Assembly (NCBI GenBank): GCA_038207085.1
Contig: JBBRAE010000001.1
Span: 128,001-192,000 of the forward strand
DNA length: 64,000 nucleotides
Source of the DNA: Armatimonadota bacterium
GTDB taxonomy: Bacteria > Armatimonadota > UBA5829 > DTLH01
Direction: 5' to 3'
The notes beneath the pieces were generated by a model. That model saw only the letters and a list, made by a program, of their open reading frames with translations. It was not told the DNA's origin and searched no databases. Shown in pieces: positions 1-9,433 of this stretch. Position numbers and translations under genes: made by a program. Every line of letters starts with the position of its first letter. The first letter of the stretch is position 1.

Positions 1-605
1 GCCCAGGTGCCTTTGTTAGTCCAGGCTTTGGCGCAACCAGTACGCCGGGACTTATGGACCCACGGATGGCCGCATACTACTATCAGGATAGTGACGCGCC
101 GGTGAGAGCCAAAGCGACTGTCTTCAGGGTGATTCTCACTTCAGTTGAGGGCCAAAGTCTTGAAGCATGTTCAGCTGTGCCGATGAAGTCCGAAGAGGGC
201 TGGTTCAACATCTCTATCCCACTTCAAACCCTTGGACTAAAGACTGGTGACACGTTCACTCTATCCAGAATTCTTGTATTTACTGACATTCCGGACAACT
301 TCGCGATCGGTCAGATCGGCATCGTCAAGGACGATACTCCTATCACTGCCTCTCCGGGCGAGGAGCAGGTTGTGGCCGTCAATGACTCCGTGTTTTTCCG
401 TGCTGACGCCGAAGGCGGGGCATCCCAGCTTCGATACTCTTGGAACTTTGGCGACGCTGGCCCTACTGGCGAGGATGCCACAGGCGAGGTAGTCACGCAC
501 CGATACAAATATGGCGGCGATTTTAGCGTAAAATTGACTGTAAGTGACGTGTGGGGAATCAAGGCGCCTGCCACTGTTACAACTGCGATTTCCGTAAATG
601 ACTAA
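1..605 (+). CDS. PKD-domain protein, 5'-truncated by window edge
   Basis: Frame is open from base 3; C-terminal PKD signature YSWNFGD...VTHRY..GG.FSVKLTVSD. Confidence 0.8.
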   Translation, partial: PGAFVSPGFGATSTPGLMDPRMAAYYYQDSDAPVRAKATVFRVILTSVEGQSLEACSAVPMKSEEGWFNISIPLQTLGLKTGDTFTLSRILVFTDIPDNFAIGQIGIVKDDTPITASPGEEQVVAVNDSVFFRADAEGGASQLRYSWNFGDAGPTGEDATGEVVTHRYKYGGDFSVKLTVSDVWGIKAPATVTTAISVND

Positions 606-632
606 AAAGACTACGCATGAGGCGGTTACATC

Positions 633-1544
633 GTGATACTTGCCCTTGTGGGGTCGATGCGGCCCAAACAATGGACCAAGAACCTGCTGGTGTTTGCGGG
701 CTATCTCTTTACTTTGTCAGATGGAACAAGCACTCCGCACGCGCTCGCCAGAGCAGTGGCGGCATTCGCACTGTTCTGTGTTGCGAGTGGAGTAGTCTAT
801 ATCTACAATGATTGCATGGATGTTGCTCGCGACAGATGCCACCCTGTCAAAGGCAAGCGTCCTATCGCTTCTGGCAGGGTAGGGATTCCTGCTGCAATCG
901 GTTTTGCGTCTGTGTGCCTGTTGATCACCACTTTGTGCGCGTACCGTCTGGATGTTCATTTCGGTTGGACACTTGCTGGCTACATTCTTCTTACCAGCCT
1001 GTACTCAGTCTCACTTAAACACGTAGTCATCGTTGATCTGCTAACGATTGCTGCCGGGTTTGTTCTTCGCGCCGTTGCCGGGGCTGTGGTCATACACGTT
1101 TCCATATCGCCCTGGCTGCTCCTTTGCACTACACTGCTTGCCCTGTTTCTGGGACTTGCCAAGAGACGGCACGAGCTGGTTTCACTGCAAGACGGTGCAG
1201 TAAGCCATAGGAAGATACTGGAGGATTACTCAGTTGAGTTCCTCGACCAGATGATCAACATCACTTCTTCAGCCGCGCTTATGGCCTATGCCCTCTACAC
1301 TTTCGCTCCGTTTTCCAGCACTGGCCGACAGCACCCCTATATGATGATCACGATCCCGTTTGTCATCTATGGGATGTTTCGGTATCTCTATCTGATGCAC
1401 AACAAGAACGTGGGCGGGCAACCCGAGCAGGTGCTTATAGACGACAAGCCGTTGCTCTTCGACCTCATTCTGTGGGCTGGCGTGGTCGCCATCATACTTA
1501 AGTGGGATGTTGTCTCTGCTCTGCTCGTAAAGTGGTTTATGTAA
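633..1544 (+). CDS. UbiA-family prenyltransferase (decaprenyl-phosphate phosphoribosyltransferase type)
   Basis: MRPKQWTKN, YIYND..D...DR.HP.K..RPIASG, KRR.EL motifs; many TM helices. Confidence 0.9.
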   Translation: MILALVGSMRPKQWTKNLLVFAGYLFTLSDGTSTPHALARAVAAFALFCVASGVVYIYNDCMDVARDRCHPVKGKRPIASGRVGIPAAIGFASVCLLITTLCAYRLDVHFGWTLAGYILLTSLYSVSLKHVVIVDLLTIAAGFVLRAVAGAVVIHVSISPWLLLCTTLLALFLGLAKRRHELVSLQDGAVSHRKILEDYSVEFLDQMINITSSAALMAYALYTFAPFSSTGRQHPYMMITIPFVIYGMFRYLYLMHNKNVGGQPEQVLIDDKPLLFDLILWAGVVAIILKWDVVSALLVKWFM

Positions 1545-1547
1545 CCG

Positions 1548-2375
1548 ATGGCGCTTGAGGTCTATTCAATTGCGAGCGGCAGTTCGGGAAACTCTATTCT
1601 CGTTCGGGACGACAGCACTTCCTTGCTGATTGACGCGGGCATCGGAATACGGAAACTATCGGCGTATTTGTCCACCCTTGGAACTGAACCCTCCGAGCTA
1701 TCTGCGATTCTGATCACTCATGAGCATTGTGACCACATCAACGGTGCGGTCCGTATGGCTGGAAGATTCGGGGTGCCGCTTCTGGCAAATTGGCGAACGC
1801 TTGGGGCAATCCAGGGTGCTGACAAGGTCCCTCACAGAGCGATTGAGCCCTGTGTCGATACGCCCGTCGGAACACTTCTCGTGCGCTCGTTTGGAGTATG
1901 TCACGATGCCGCGCACCCCAGCGGTTACACGGTCGAAGGCTCGGGCGGCAGATTGTGCAGCATCACCGATACCGGCAAGTTGACTGAGCGCATTCGACAA
2001 GAAGCTTGCGCTGCAGACCTGCTGATTCTGGAGTCTAACCACGATCTCGAAATGCTCCAAAACGGACCTTACCCCGGCCACCTGAAGAAGAGGATCCTTG
2101 GCGACCGCGGACACCTGTCAAACGACGATGCCGCCTCATTTCTACGTGAGATAGCCTTATCCGGCAAGACAATGTCTGTCTGGCTTGCGCACCTCAGTCG
2201 GACCAACAATACGCCGACAAAGGCACTGGCGTGCACCGGGCGTGCTCTGTCCGATTGCAATGGTCACGCACTTTTGGTGGATGTCGCGCGTCGCGATGAA
2301 CCAAGCCTCTCATGGAGACATGGTCGGAGTGCATTCCAACTCAGTCTGTTTTCCCAGCGCCGAGGTAACGACTGA
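1548..2375 (+). CDS. MBL-fold metallo-hydrolase, YycJ/WalJ-like
   Basis: SGSSGN, THEHCDH, HDA, TDTG, LESNHD, GHLSN, AHLS..NN motifs. Confidence 0.88.
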   Translation: MALEVYSIASGSSGNSILVRDDSTSLLIDAGIGIRKLSAYLSTLGTEPSELSAILITHEHCDHINGAVRMAGRFGVPLLANWRTLGAIQGADKVPHRAIEPCVDTPVGTLLVRSFGVCHDAAHPSGYTVEGSGGRLCSITDTGKLTERIRQEACAADLLILESNHDLEMLQNGPYPGHLKKRILGDRGHLSNDDAASFLREIALSGKTMSVWLAHLSRTNNTPTKALACTGRALSDCNGHALLVDVARRDEPSLSWRHGRSAFQLSLFSQRRGND

Positions 2376-2997
2376 ACCATTCGGCGGCGATCCTTGCGAC
2401 TTCTTCCAGTTTTCCAGGTTCCTCGAACAGATGCGTCGCGCCGGGAATGATTACCATCTCCTTTGGGGCTTGCAGGAGTTCGTAGGCATCTCGGTTCATA
2501 TCGATGACGGGATAGTCGTCGCCGCCTACGATCAATAGGGTGGGGGAAGTTACCTTTGCGAGGTAGTCGCGGGCAAGGTCAGGGCGTCCCCCTCGTGATA
2601 CTACTGCCCCAATTGCTTCTCCACGCTTTGCCGCCGCTTCAAGCGCAGCCCCTGCCCCGGTGCTGGCCCCGAAATATCCGATGAGCAGGTCTTTAAGCGC
2701 CTCGGAAGACTGCACCCAGTCGGTTGCGGCGAGAAGCCGTTCCGTCAGCATGTCTATGTCGAATACTTTGCGTCTATCATCGGACTCCCAATCCTCAAGC
2801 AGATCAAGGAGTAGTGTGCCGACGCCAGCGTGCCGGAGCTCGGAAGCGACAAAACTGTTGCGCGGGCTCAGCCTGCCGCTTCCGCTGCCGTGTGCGAATA
2901 GAACGATTCCGGTCACGCAATTTGGGACACTGAGTATCCCCTTCAGCCGTGCCTGTCTCGCGCCAATCTCAACTTCTTGATTCTGTAATGTCTCCAA
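2341..2997 (-). CDS. Alpha/beta hydrolase, dienelactone hydrolase family
   Basis: FAHGSGS.R.SPRN, GYFGASTG, VSRGGRPDLA, ATHLFEEPG; start taken as TTG at 2997 after GGAGG. Confidence 0.85.
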   Translation of the reverse strand: METLQNQEVEIGARQARLKGILSVPNCVTGIVLFAHGSGSGRLSPRNSFVASELRHAGVGTLLLDLLEDWESDDRRKVFDIDMLTERLLAATDWVQSSEALKDLLIGYFGASTGAGAALEAAAKRGEAIGAVVSRGGRPDLARDYLAKVTSPTLLIVGGDDYPVIDMNRDAYELLQAPKEMVIIPGATHLFEEPGKLEEVARIAAEWFSRYLGAGKTD

Positions 2998-3061
2998 CGA
3001 GTCACCTCCCGAGAGTGTCGTGTCGAGGTGATTCCCTGTGGCATTGATTGTGAAACCTGCG

Positions 3062-3814
3062 CTACTTGTTCCCCGCTGCAAGCCCGTGTGACGTGAGATA
3101 TTGGTAGCCGAGCTTCGCGGACTCCATCATATCGATATCGGAGTCGTCGTTTTCGACGATCAGCCACTCGGTGACATCGGAGTCGATCGCCCCTATGATA
3201 GCAGCGAAGTCTAGCTTGCCCGAGCCAACCGGTTTTTGTGGTAAATTGCGATCGAGCGTGCCGTCTTTGATGTGATAGAGCGGAATTCTCGACTTATAGC
3301 GGTTGATGACGTCGATCGTGTCAGCACCAAATGAGCTCCAGTAGGTGTCGAGTTCAGCGAAGATCGCAGGCGCTTCCTGCATCAGCACTTCCCATGCAAA
3401 GCGACCGTCTTCCACCTTGTGAAACTCCCACCAGTGGTTATGATAACCCAGTGTGATACCGTGCGGAGCTATGAGTTCAGCGGCAAGGGCGAGATGTTCG
3501 GCGGCTGCCTTGCACTGATCGACTGTCTGCAGTTGGCTCTCTCCAATCCCGGTTGCGATCCGATTGGATCCAAGAGCAAGCTGAGTTTCAACTATCTCGC
3601 TTACGTTTTCAGGTGACGGCAGCCCTGTGTGACAGGAGCAGGTTACTATTCCGAGGTCGTCGATGATTTTGCGAATCTCAACGGCATTGTAACCGTGAAG
3701 TCCCGCGAACTCAACGCCTTTGTACCCGATCTCCGCCACCTGTTTCAGAGTGCCTGGAAAGTCTTGCGCGGCTGCCTCGCGCACTGTGTATAGCTGAAGT
3801 GCTACTGGTTTCAT
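3062..3814 (-). CDS. Sugar phosphate isomerase/epimerase (xylose isomerase-like TIM barrel)
   Basis: LQLYTVR, GYHNH..EF, ELDTYW, HIKD, IVE.D motifs; ATG at 3814 after AGGAG. Confidence 0.88.
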   Translation of the reverse strand: MKPVALQLYTVREAAAQDFPGTLKQVAEIGYKGVEFAGLHGYNAVEIRKIIDDLGIVTCSCHTGLPSPENVSEIVETQLALGSNRIATGIGESQLQTVDQCKAAAEHLALAAELIAPHGITLGYHNHWWEFHKVEDGRFAWEVLMQEAPAIFAELDTYWSSFGADTIDVINRYKSRIPLYHIKDGTLDRNLPQKPVGSGKLDFAAIIGAIDSDVTEWLIVENDDSDIDMMESAKLGYQYLTSHGLAAGNK

Positions 3815-3952
3815 GCGAGTCTCCTTCATCAAGAGTATTGATACCGCAAGTGAGTTATATAGCGAGACTCAAAAGTCCTTTATAATCGAAGGAATAATTG
3901 TCAAGCGACTGGAACTCTATTTATAACAAGCAGATAACAAAGGAGCGATCCA

Positions 3953-6904
3953 ATGAGTTTTATGGAATCGATGGATTCCAGCCTAAGGTCTATTCGCGCG
4001 TCACAGTATGCAAAAGTACCTATGGTTGAGCGAGCACTGATTGAGATAGAAGTTGCCGGCAAGTTCGCTCGGCTGTTCCCTGAGAACGAAGCGGCGTGGC
4101 AAGCACTCATTTTACAAGCCACCCAGGCTCTTTCGTCCGGGGTAATGTCCGGGGGAGCTGTCGACCTTGACGGGCTCGTGGCAGGTGTTGAGGAGACTCT
4201 GTCTCACGTTGGACAGGCGATGAAGCACTACACAGTCCACTGTGTCGGACACGCGCACATTGATATGAACTGGATGTGGCCGTGGCAGGAAACGGTAAGC
4301 GTAACCCACGATACGTTTACCACTGTCGATAAGCTAATGGACCACTTCCCGGAGTTTGTGTTCTCACAAAGCCAGGCATCGACCTACGCAGCTATGGAAG
4401 AATACTGCCCCGAGGTCTTTGAAACGATCAAGCGACGTATCGCCGAAGGCCGTTGGGAGCCGACAGCGAGCATGTGGGTTGAAGGTGACAAAAACCTGGC
4501 GTCCGGAGAGATTCTCTGCAGGCACATGCTCTATACGCGTATATATCTCAAGGAGAAGTTCGGGCTTCCTTACGACGCGGTCAAGATCGACTGGGAGTGC
4601 GACACCTTTGGGCACTGCCACACGCTGCCCAGCATACTGAACCGCGGCGGCGTCACTCGCTACTATCGTCACAGGACAGGCCCAGACAACTGGCTGTTGT
4701 GGTGGGAGGCCCCTGATAGCTCAAGAGTGCTGACATTCTACGACAAGGGCACCTATAACGGGACGATCGACCCACAACAGATCGGTAATCTCCTTGTGGG
4801 CTATGTCGACGAAACGGGCCTCAAGGACTTTATGTTCGTATACGGTGTCGGCGACCACGGCGGCGGGCCGACCATGCGCGACCTCGTCAAAGCCCGAGAA
4901 ATCGACTCTTGGCCGATATTCCCCACGGTCAAGCTCTCGACTACCGACGCATTCTTTTCTGCGATCGAACCCGTCGCAGGCGATATTCCCGTCTTTGACG
5001 ATGAGCTGAATTTCGTCTTCGAGGGCTGCTACACCTCGGAAAGCAGCATCAAGACCGCGAACAGAATCAGCGAGAACCTGATTCCTGAGGTCGAGACCCT
5101 GTCGGTCATATCGGGGGCGCTTACGGGCTTCCAATACCCGCAAGAGGAGATCAACAAAGCCTGGCGACTGGCGATGTTCAACCAGTTCCACGATATTCTG
5201 CCGGGCTCGGGCATTCACGAGACCTACACCTATTCTGACGGCTTGTTCCAGGAGATTCTGGCGACCACTGGCGCAATCAGAACACGGGCCCTTCGCAGGC
5301 TCGCATCTCAGATCAACACAAGTGCAGCCGCAGGAACCTCAGCACCCGTTGGTACCGGCGCAGGTGCTGTCGGCGATGGCCTCGGCGCTGGTGCCGGCGA
5401 CCTGGCTATCTCAGGCGGTGTATCAGCTTATAACATGGGCGCAGTGACCGCTGAGCCGGTGATTGTCTTCAATCAGCTTGCGTTCGCCCGAAGCGGTGTA
5501 GTTGAGGCCAAGGTTTGGAACAAAGAGATTCCTTCTGATCGCGTCATAGTTCGGGATGAGCAGGGGAACACCACTGCAGGGCAGGTGGTCGGAAGTGGCC
5601 AATACTGGAGCCACAACTACACTACGGTTGCGTTTCCCGTAAAGGACGTGCCAGCGGTTGGCTATCGGACATATACGGTCGACGTCTCAGCCGAGGCGCA
5701 ACCCCAGCAGCCAAAACTCAGGGTCTCATACGAAGGACGTAACCCTCACCAAGTAATCGAACACGTCCCCGGCACAGTTACGATGCCAGCCAACAACATT
5801 ATGGAGAACGACTACGTCGTGGTCGAAATCGATATAGCATCGGGCGCTGTGAAGCACCTCATAGACAAGGCTACGGGCTTCGACTATGTTCCGGAAGGCG
5901 AGCTCCTTGGTGTGCTGGAGATACATGAGGAGATGTCCAATATTGGGATGAGCGCGTGGACGATCGGCGACATTAAGAACGTCCGCCGCCTTGACTTTGG
6001 CGGCCGTTTTACGCACCCGACTGGACCTTCTGAGCTCGACCCAATCCCGCACTGGATGGCAGCCTCAGGCAGTTTCAAGGGGCCACACAAGGCTACCGTT
6101 CGTACTACTCACAAGGTAGGCGAGTCCACCATTATCATTGAAGTCACCCTTTGCGCCGATAGCTCGATGGTTGATTTTGATGTCAAAACAATGTGGCTTG
6201 AGAGGGGCAACCCCAACACAGTTCCGATGCTTCGCGTCGCATTTCCCGTTCGAATCACGGAACCTAAGGCGACGTATGAGATCGCATTTGGAAGCATCTC
6301 AAGACCGACGGACGGTCACGAGGTTCCTGCGCTTCGTTGGGCAGACTTGTCCGGCAATAAGCCAGGAGTTGGGGGTGAGTGCGGCATCACTCTCGTTAAC
6401 AGCGACAAATACGGCCACAGTGCCGACGGCAGCACTCTTCGCCTGACACTCCTTCGATCGAGCTACGAGCCGGACCCTCTTCCTGAGATAGGCAGACACT
6501 CGACACGCTTTGCGGTGATCCCGCACGCCGGTCCATGCTCCGTTTCAGATGCGATGCGTGCCGGAGCATCCTACAACCTGCCGATGAACGTCGCCAGCAC
6601 GGATGTTCACGATGGACCGCTTGCGCCAAGTGCTGGCTTCATCGAGGTGATCGATTCCAACGTTATGCTTGCAAGCGCGAAGAAAGCAGAGGGCTCTGAC
6701 TCCCTGGTTCTCCGGCTCTACGAGGTCCAAGGAGTCGTGACACAGGCCAGAGTGAAGCTTGATGGCGTCGTGAAGCAAGGCGCAAGTGCTGTCGAAGTGG
6801 ATCTGATGGAGGAGCCGCTGGCCCAGTCGTCGGCGATTCTTGAAAACGACACGTTGCTGGTAAATATACCGGCATATGGCATAGCAACGGTTAGAATCGG
6901 TTAG
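3953..6904 (+). CDS. Alpha-mannosidase, glycoside hydrolase family 38
   Basis: HAHIDMNW.W, DTFGH nucleophile, GVGDHGGGP, NQFHDILPGS, LRLTLLRS motifs. Confidence 0.93.
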   Translation: MSFMESMDSSLRSIRASQYAKVPMVERALIEIEVAGKFARLFPENEAAWQALILQATQALSSGVMSGGAVDLDGLVAGVEETLSHVGQAMKHYTVHCVGHAHIDMNWMWPWQETVSVTHDTFTTVDKLMDHFPEFVFSQSQASTYAAMEEYCPEVFETIKRRIAEGRWEPTASMWVEGDKNLASGEILCRHMLYTRIYLKEKFGLPYDAVKIDWECDTFGHCHTLPSILNRGGVTRYYRHRTGPDNWLLWWEAPDSSRVLTFYDKGTYNGTIDPQQIGNLLVGYVDETGLKDFMFVYGVGDHGGGPTMRDLVKAREIDSWPIFPTVKLSTTDAFFSAIEPVAGDIPVFDDELNFVFEGCYTSESSIKTANRISENLIPEVETLSVISGALTGFQYPQEEINKAWRLAMFNQFHDILPGSGIHETYTYSDGLFQEILATTGAIRTRALRRLASQINTSAAAGTSAPVGTGAGAVGDGLGAGAGDLAISGGVSAYNMGAVTAEPVIVFNQLAFARSGVVEAKVWNKEIPSDRVIVRDEQGNTTAGQVVGSGQYWSHNYTTVAFPVKDVPAVGYRTYTVDVSAEAQPQQPKLRVSYEGRNPHQVIEHVPGTVTMPANNIMENDYVVVEIDIASGAVKHLIDKATGFDYVPEGELLGVLEIHEEMSNIGMSAWTIGDIKNVRRLDFGGRFTHPTGPSELDPIPHWMAASGSFKGPHKATVRTTHKVGESTIIIEVTLCADSSMVDFDVKTMWLERGNPNTVPMLRVAFPVRITEPKATYEIAFGSISRPTDGHEVPALRWADLSGNKPGVGGECGITLVNSDKYGHSADGSTLRLTLLRSSYEPDPLPEIGRHSTRFAVIPHAGPCSVSDAMRAGASYNLPMNVASTDVHDGPLAPSAGFIEVIDSNVMLASAKKAEGSDSLVLRLYEVQGVVTQARVKLDGVVKQGASAVEVDLMEEPLAQSSAILENDTLLVNIPAYGIATVRIG

Positions 6905-6981
6905 CCCGCTTTATTCGTGATGCGAATAAAGCTCTTGCTAAGAGAGCATCATTCACGCTTCTCGTGAATAATGCGGGTTAG
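6901..6981. mobile_element. 73-bp MITE/REP-like palindromic element, copy 1, with TTAG direct-repeat flanks
   Basis: TTAG-cccgctttattcg...cgtgaataatgcggg-TTAG; close match to 31249-31329. Confidence 0.75.
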
Positions 6982-6986
6982 TGAAG

Positions 6987-7026
6987 AATACTGTTGGGCC
7001 GATGATATCATCGGCCCAACAGTATT
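6987..7026. terminator. Perfect 40-bp palindrome between convergent genes; probable bidirectional terminator
   Basis: aatactgttgggccgatgat|atcatcggcccaacagtatt. Confidence 0.7.
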
Positions 7027-7031
7027 GATTT

Positions 7032-8102
7032 CTAATTGAACGTGTGAACCCCTTCGGGCATATGGCAAGTGGCGCAAGTTGTGCCTGCGGGCGATCCTGG
7101 AGCGTGTTTGGCTAACTGCTGCTCCTTATGGCACCCCGTGCATAGATCAATCACGGGCTTGATCAGCTGGCGCGTAGTTCCCGTAACCGGGCCGTGAGGG
7201 TTATGGCAGCTCGTGCAGATCACCCCTGCGGTGTAGTGCTTGCTTGTGACGAGCTCCGAATACTGCTGGTTGAAGCCCGCAGTCTTGGGTTTGGCGTCGA
7301 TGAAGAACTTCCCGAGGTCATCTCCCGGCTTGAAATTGATCGGAAAAGCGTAGGTCTTGGAAATATCAGTCCCCTTGGAGTGGCACTGCCCACAGATCAT
7401 CGCCTGCCGCTCTTTACTGAGCACTGTCGGGTTCGTGATCTGAGTCTTCTCACCAGCCCTAACGTGGTTGCTCCCTGCCCCGTGGCAGGACTCGCAGGAC
7501 ACGCCCGCGAAGTCCCAGACTTTGGTCGATGGATTGTAGCCGGTGGTATGGCAGCCAACGCACTTCTTTGATGCATCGAGTAGGACTGGTTTCGCTGAAG
7601 CTGCTGGAGCAGCGGCCTTGCCGGACTTGTTGACGCCCTTTGCAACAGCAGGCTTCTTTGGAACGCTGGCAGATGGAGTAACAACCCACTTGTTGTCCAC
7701 TGCGCTCCAGTACCCCGGGATGAGCATCAGCTTGGAGTCCAAGTAAGCCTGCTTCACTGTGCCGACGCCCAACGCATAGGCAATCTGTTCTTTCTTGACA
7801 GGGCTACCCGCGGCAAACTTCGCCTTCAACTTGGAAGGTGATTCCTCCACATCGATCAATGCGCTTGCGTGCGCGCTCTTGGCGTACCCCTTCACAATGT
7901 CGTTGTGTCGCGCAGAATGGCACTGGTCGCATGCGATCTCAGTCTTCGGGTGTATGCCACCCGTAAACTGGGCAGTCTCACCGTGGCAGTTTCTGCACGC
8001 TCCAGCACCCACGTAGGTCGCAGCGGTATCAGCGTGCGCGACCAGTGAAGACGCGATGGCTATGGCAGCCCCGATGACGGAGACAATTTTAAAATCGAAC
8101 AA
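7032..8102 (-). CDS. Exported multiheme (8 x CxxCH) c-type cytochrome
   Basis: CRNCH, CDQCH, CVGCH, CESCH, CGQCH, CTSCH, CTGCH, CATCH; signal peptide; TTG start after GGAGG. Confidence 0.9.
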   Translation of the reverse strand: MFDFKIVSVIGAAIAIASSLVAHADTAATYVGAGACRNCHGETAQFTGGIHPKTEIACDQCHSARHNDIVKGYAKSAHASALIDVEESPSKLKAKFAAGSPVKKEQIAYALGVGTVKQAYLDSKLMLIPGYWSAVDNKWVVTPSASVPKKPAVAKGVNKSGKAAAPAASAKPVLLDASKKCVGCHTTGYNPSTKVWDFAGVSCESCHGAGSNHVRAGEKTQITNPTVLSKERQAMICGQCHSKGTDISKTYAFPINFKPGDDLGKFFIDAKPKTAGFNQQYSELVTSKHYTAGVICTSCHNPHGPVTGTTRQLIKPVIDLCTGCHKEQQLAKHAPGSPAGTTCATCHMPEGVHTFN

Positions 8103-8230
8103 ATGTTGGCCTCCTCGAAGGGAATAGCGCGTGAGTCGGCGAATCATGATATGAAGCCTGCGCGCCAGTGACAGTCTATCAAACTTAGACGCAGGCGCGC
8201 AAGCATGATTTCCAAATGATAGGTGGCAAT

Positions 8231-9409
8231 ATGGACAGTGTTATCCTTTCGATAGTAGGCCTCGCAGTGCTCGGCATTCTGGCCGCAGCAGTCATCGTGC
8301 TCGCCAAGCGGCCCGGAGTGGGGGGAGACATCTCTACACCCCTGCAGAACCTGACGCAAGCCGTGCAGCAGGGACAGGCGCAGTCGGCTGTGATTGCTGA
8401 GAAGCTCTCCCGGCTCGAACAGGTGACCGAAACTGCCTCGAAGATTCAAACCGAGGTCAGAGTCATATCCGAGCGCGTCGCCAAAGTCGAGCAGAACCAG
8501 TCAATTGCCGGACAGAGTCTGTCGGCTCTGGGCGTAGGGCTAGCCGAGACTGGCACGGTGGCAAAGGGGATCGTCGACGCAACTACCGCGATCCGCGAGG
8601 AGCTTGCGCGCGCAAAGAACGATTTGACAGAGATTCAGACGCAGGCGAAGTCCCGACGTGACATGGAAACCCGAACCGCTGAATCGATTCGCAGACTTGA
8701 AGCAATTATAGCAGGCACGCAGTCCAAGGGGGCGGCGGGCGAGAATATCGTCGAAGTGGTGTTTGCGAAGCTTCCACCAGAGTGGCAGGTGCGAAACTTC
8801 AGGGTAGGGGATAAGGCTGTAGAGTTTGGTATAAGATTGCCCAACAATCTTGTACTACCGATAGATAGCAAGTGGGCGGCTACCAACCTTTTAGAGCAGT
8901 TTCTCGAAGCAACCGACCCCACAGAGCAGTTGAAGCTCAAGAGCCAGATAGAATCCGTCGTTATGAGCAAGAGCCGCGAGGTGCGTAAGTACATTGAGCC
9001 AAATATCACTGTAAACTTCGCCATTGCGACCGTTCCAGACGCCATATACGACCTCTGCTGCGGTATCCAGGCTGATATATTCCAGCAAAATGTTGTGCTG
9101 GTGAGCTATAGTATGCTCGTGCCATATCTGCTGCTTGTTTTTCAAACCGTCCTTCGCAGCTCCCAAAACATCGACCTGCACCGCCTGGAAGCGTGCCTTG
9201 ATGGTGTGGAAAAGGGTATTAGATCGGTACAGGAGGAACTCGAAGGCAGGTTTTCCCGAGGGCTTACGATGCTTGGTAACGCCCGCGATGACATGTCCTC
9301 GCATCTCAGCAAGGCATCAAACGGCATTACGAGCCTGCGCCTGCAATCACGTCCCAGCATCGAAACCTCCGAAATGCCGCCACTTGAGCTCGCGATGGAG
9401 GAAAAGTAA
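8231..9409 (+). CDS. rmuC: RmuC-family protein (TM anchor, coiled coil, restriction-endonuclease-like domain)
   Basis: N-terminal TM helix, long coiled coil, KGAAGE, IRLP....LPIDSKW, KYI.P..T.NFA motifs. Confidence 0.8.
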   Translation: MDSVILSIVGLAVLGILAAAVIVLAKRPGVGGDISTPLQNLTQAVQQGQAQSAVIAEKLSRLEQVTETASKIQTEVRVISERVAKVEQNQSIAGQSLSALGVGLAETGTVAKGIVDATTAIREELARAKNDLTEIQTQAKSRRDMETRTAESIRRLEAIIAGTQSKGAAGENIVEVVFAKLPPEWQVRNFRVGDKAVEFGIRLPNNLVLPIDSKWAATNLLEQFLEATDPTEQLKLKSQIESVVMSKSREVRKYIEPNITVNFAIATVPDAIYDLCCGIQADIFQQNVVLVSYSMLVPYLLLVFQTVLRSSQNIDLHRLEACLDGVEKGIRSVQEELEGRFSRGLTMLGNARDDMSSHLSKASNGITSLRLQSRPSIETSEMPPLELAMEEK

Positions 9410-9433
9410 GGCTGGAAGGATAACCATAGCTTT

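Noticed and set aside
5320..5420. Gly/Ala-rich stretch in GH38 as an intein or repeat insertion
   Set aside because: It is a short low-complexity loop with no intein termini and no nucleotide tandem repeat
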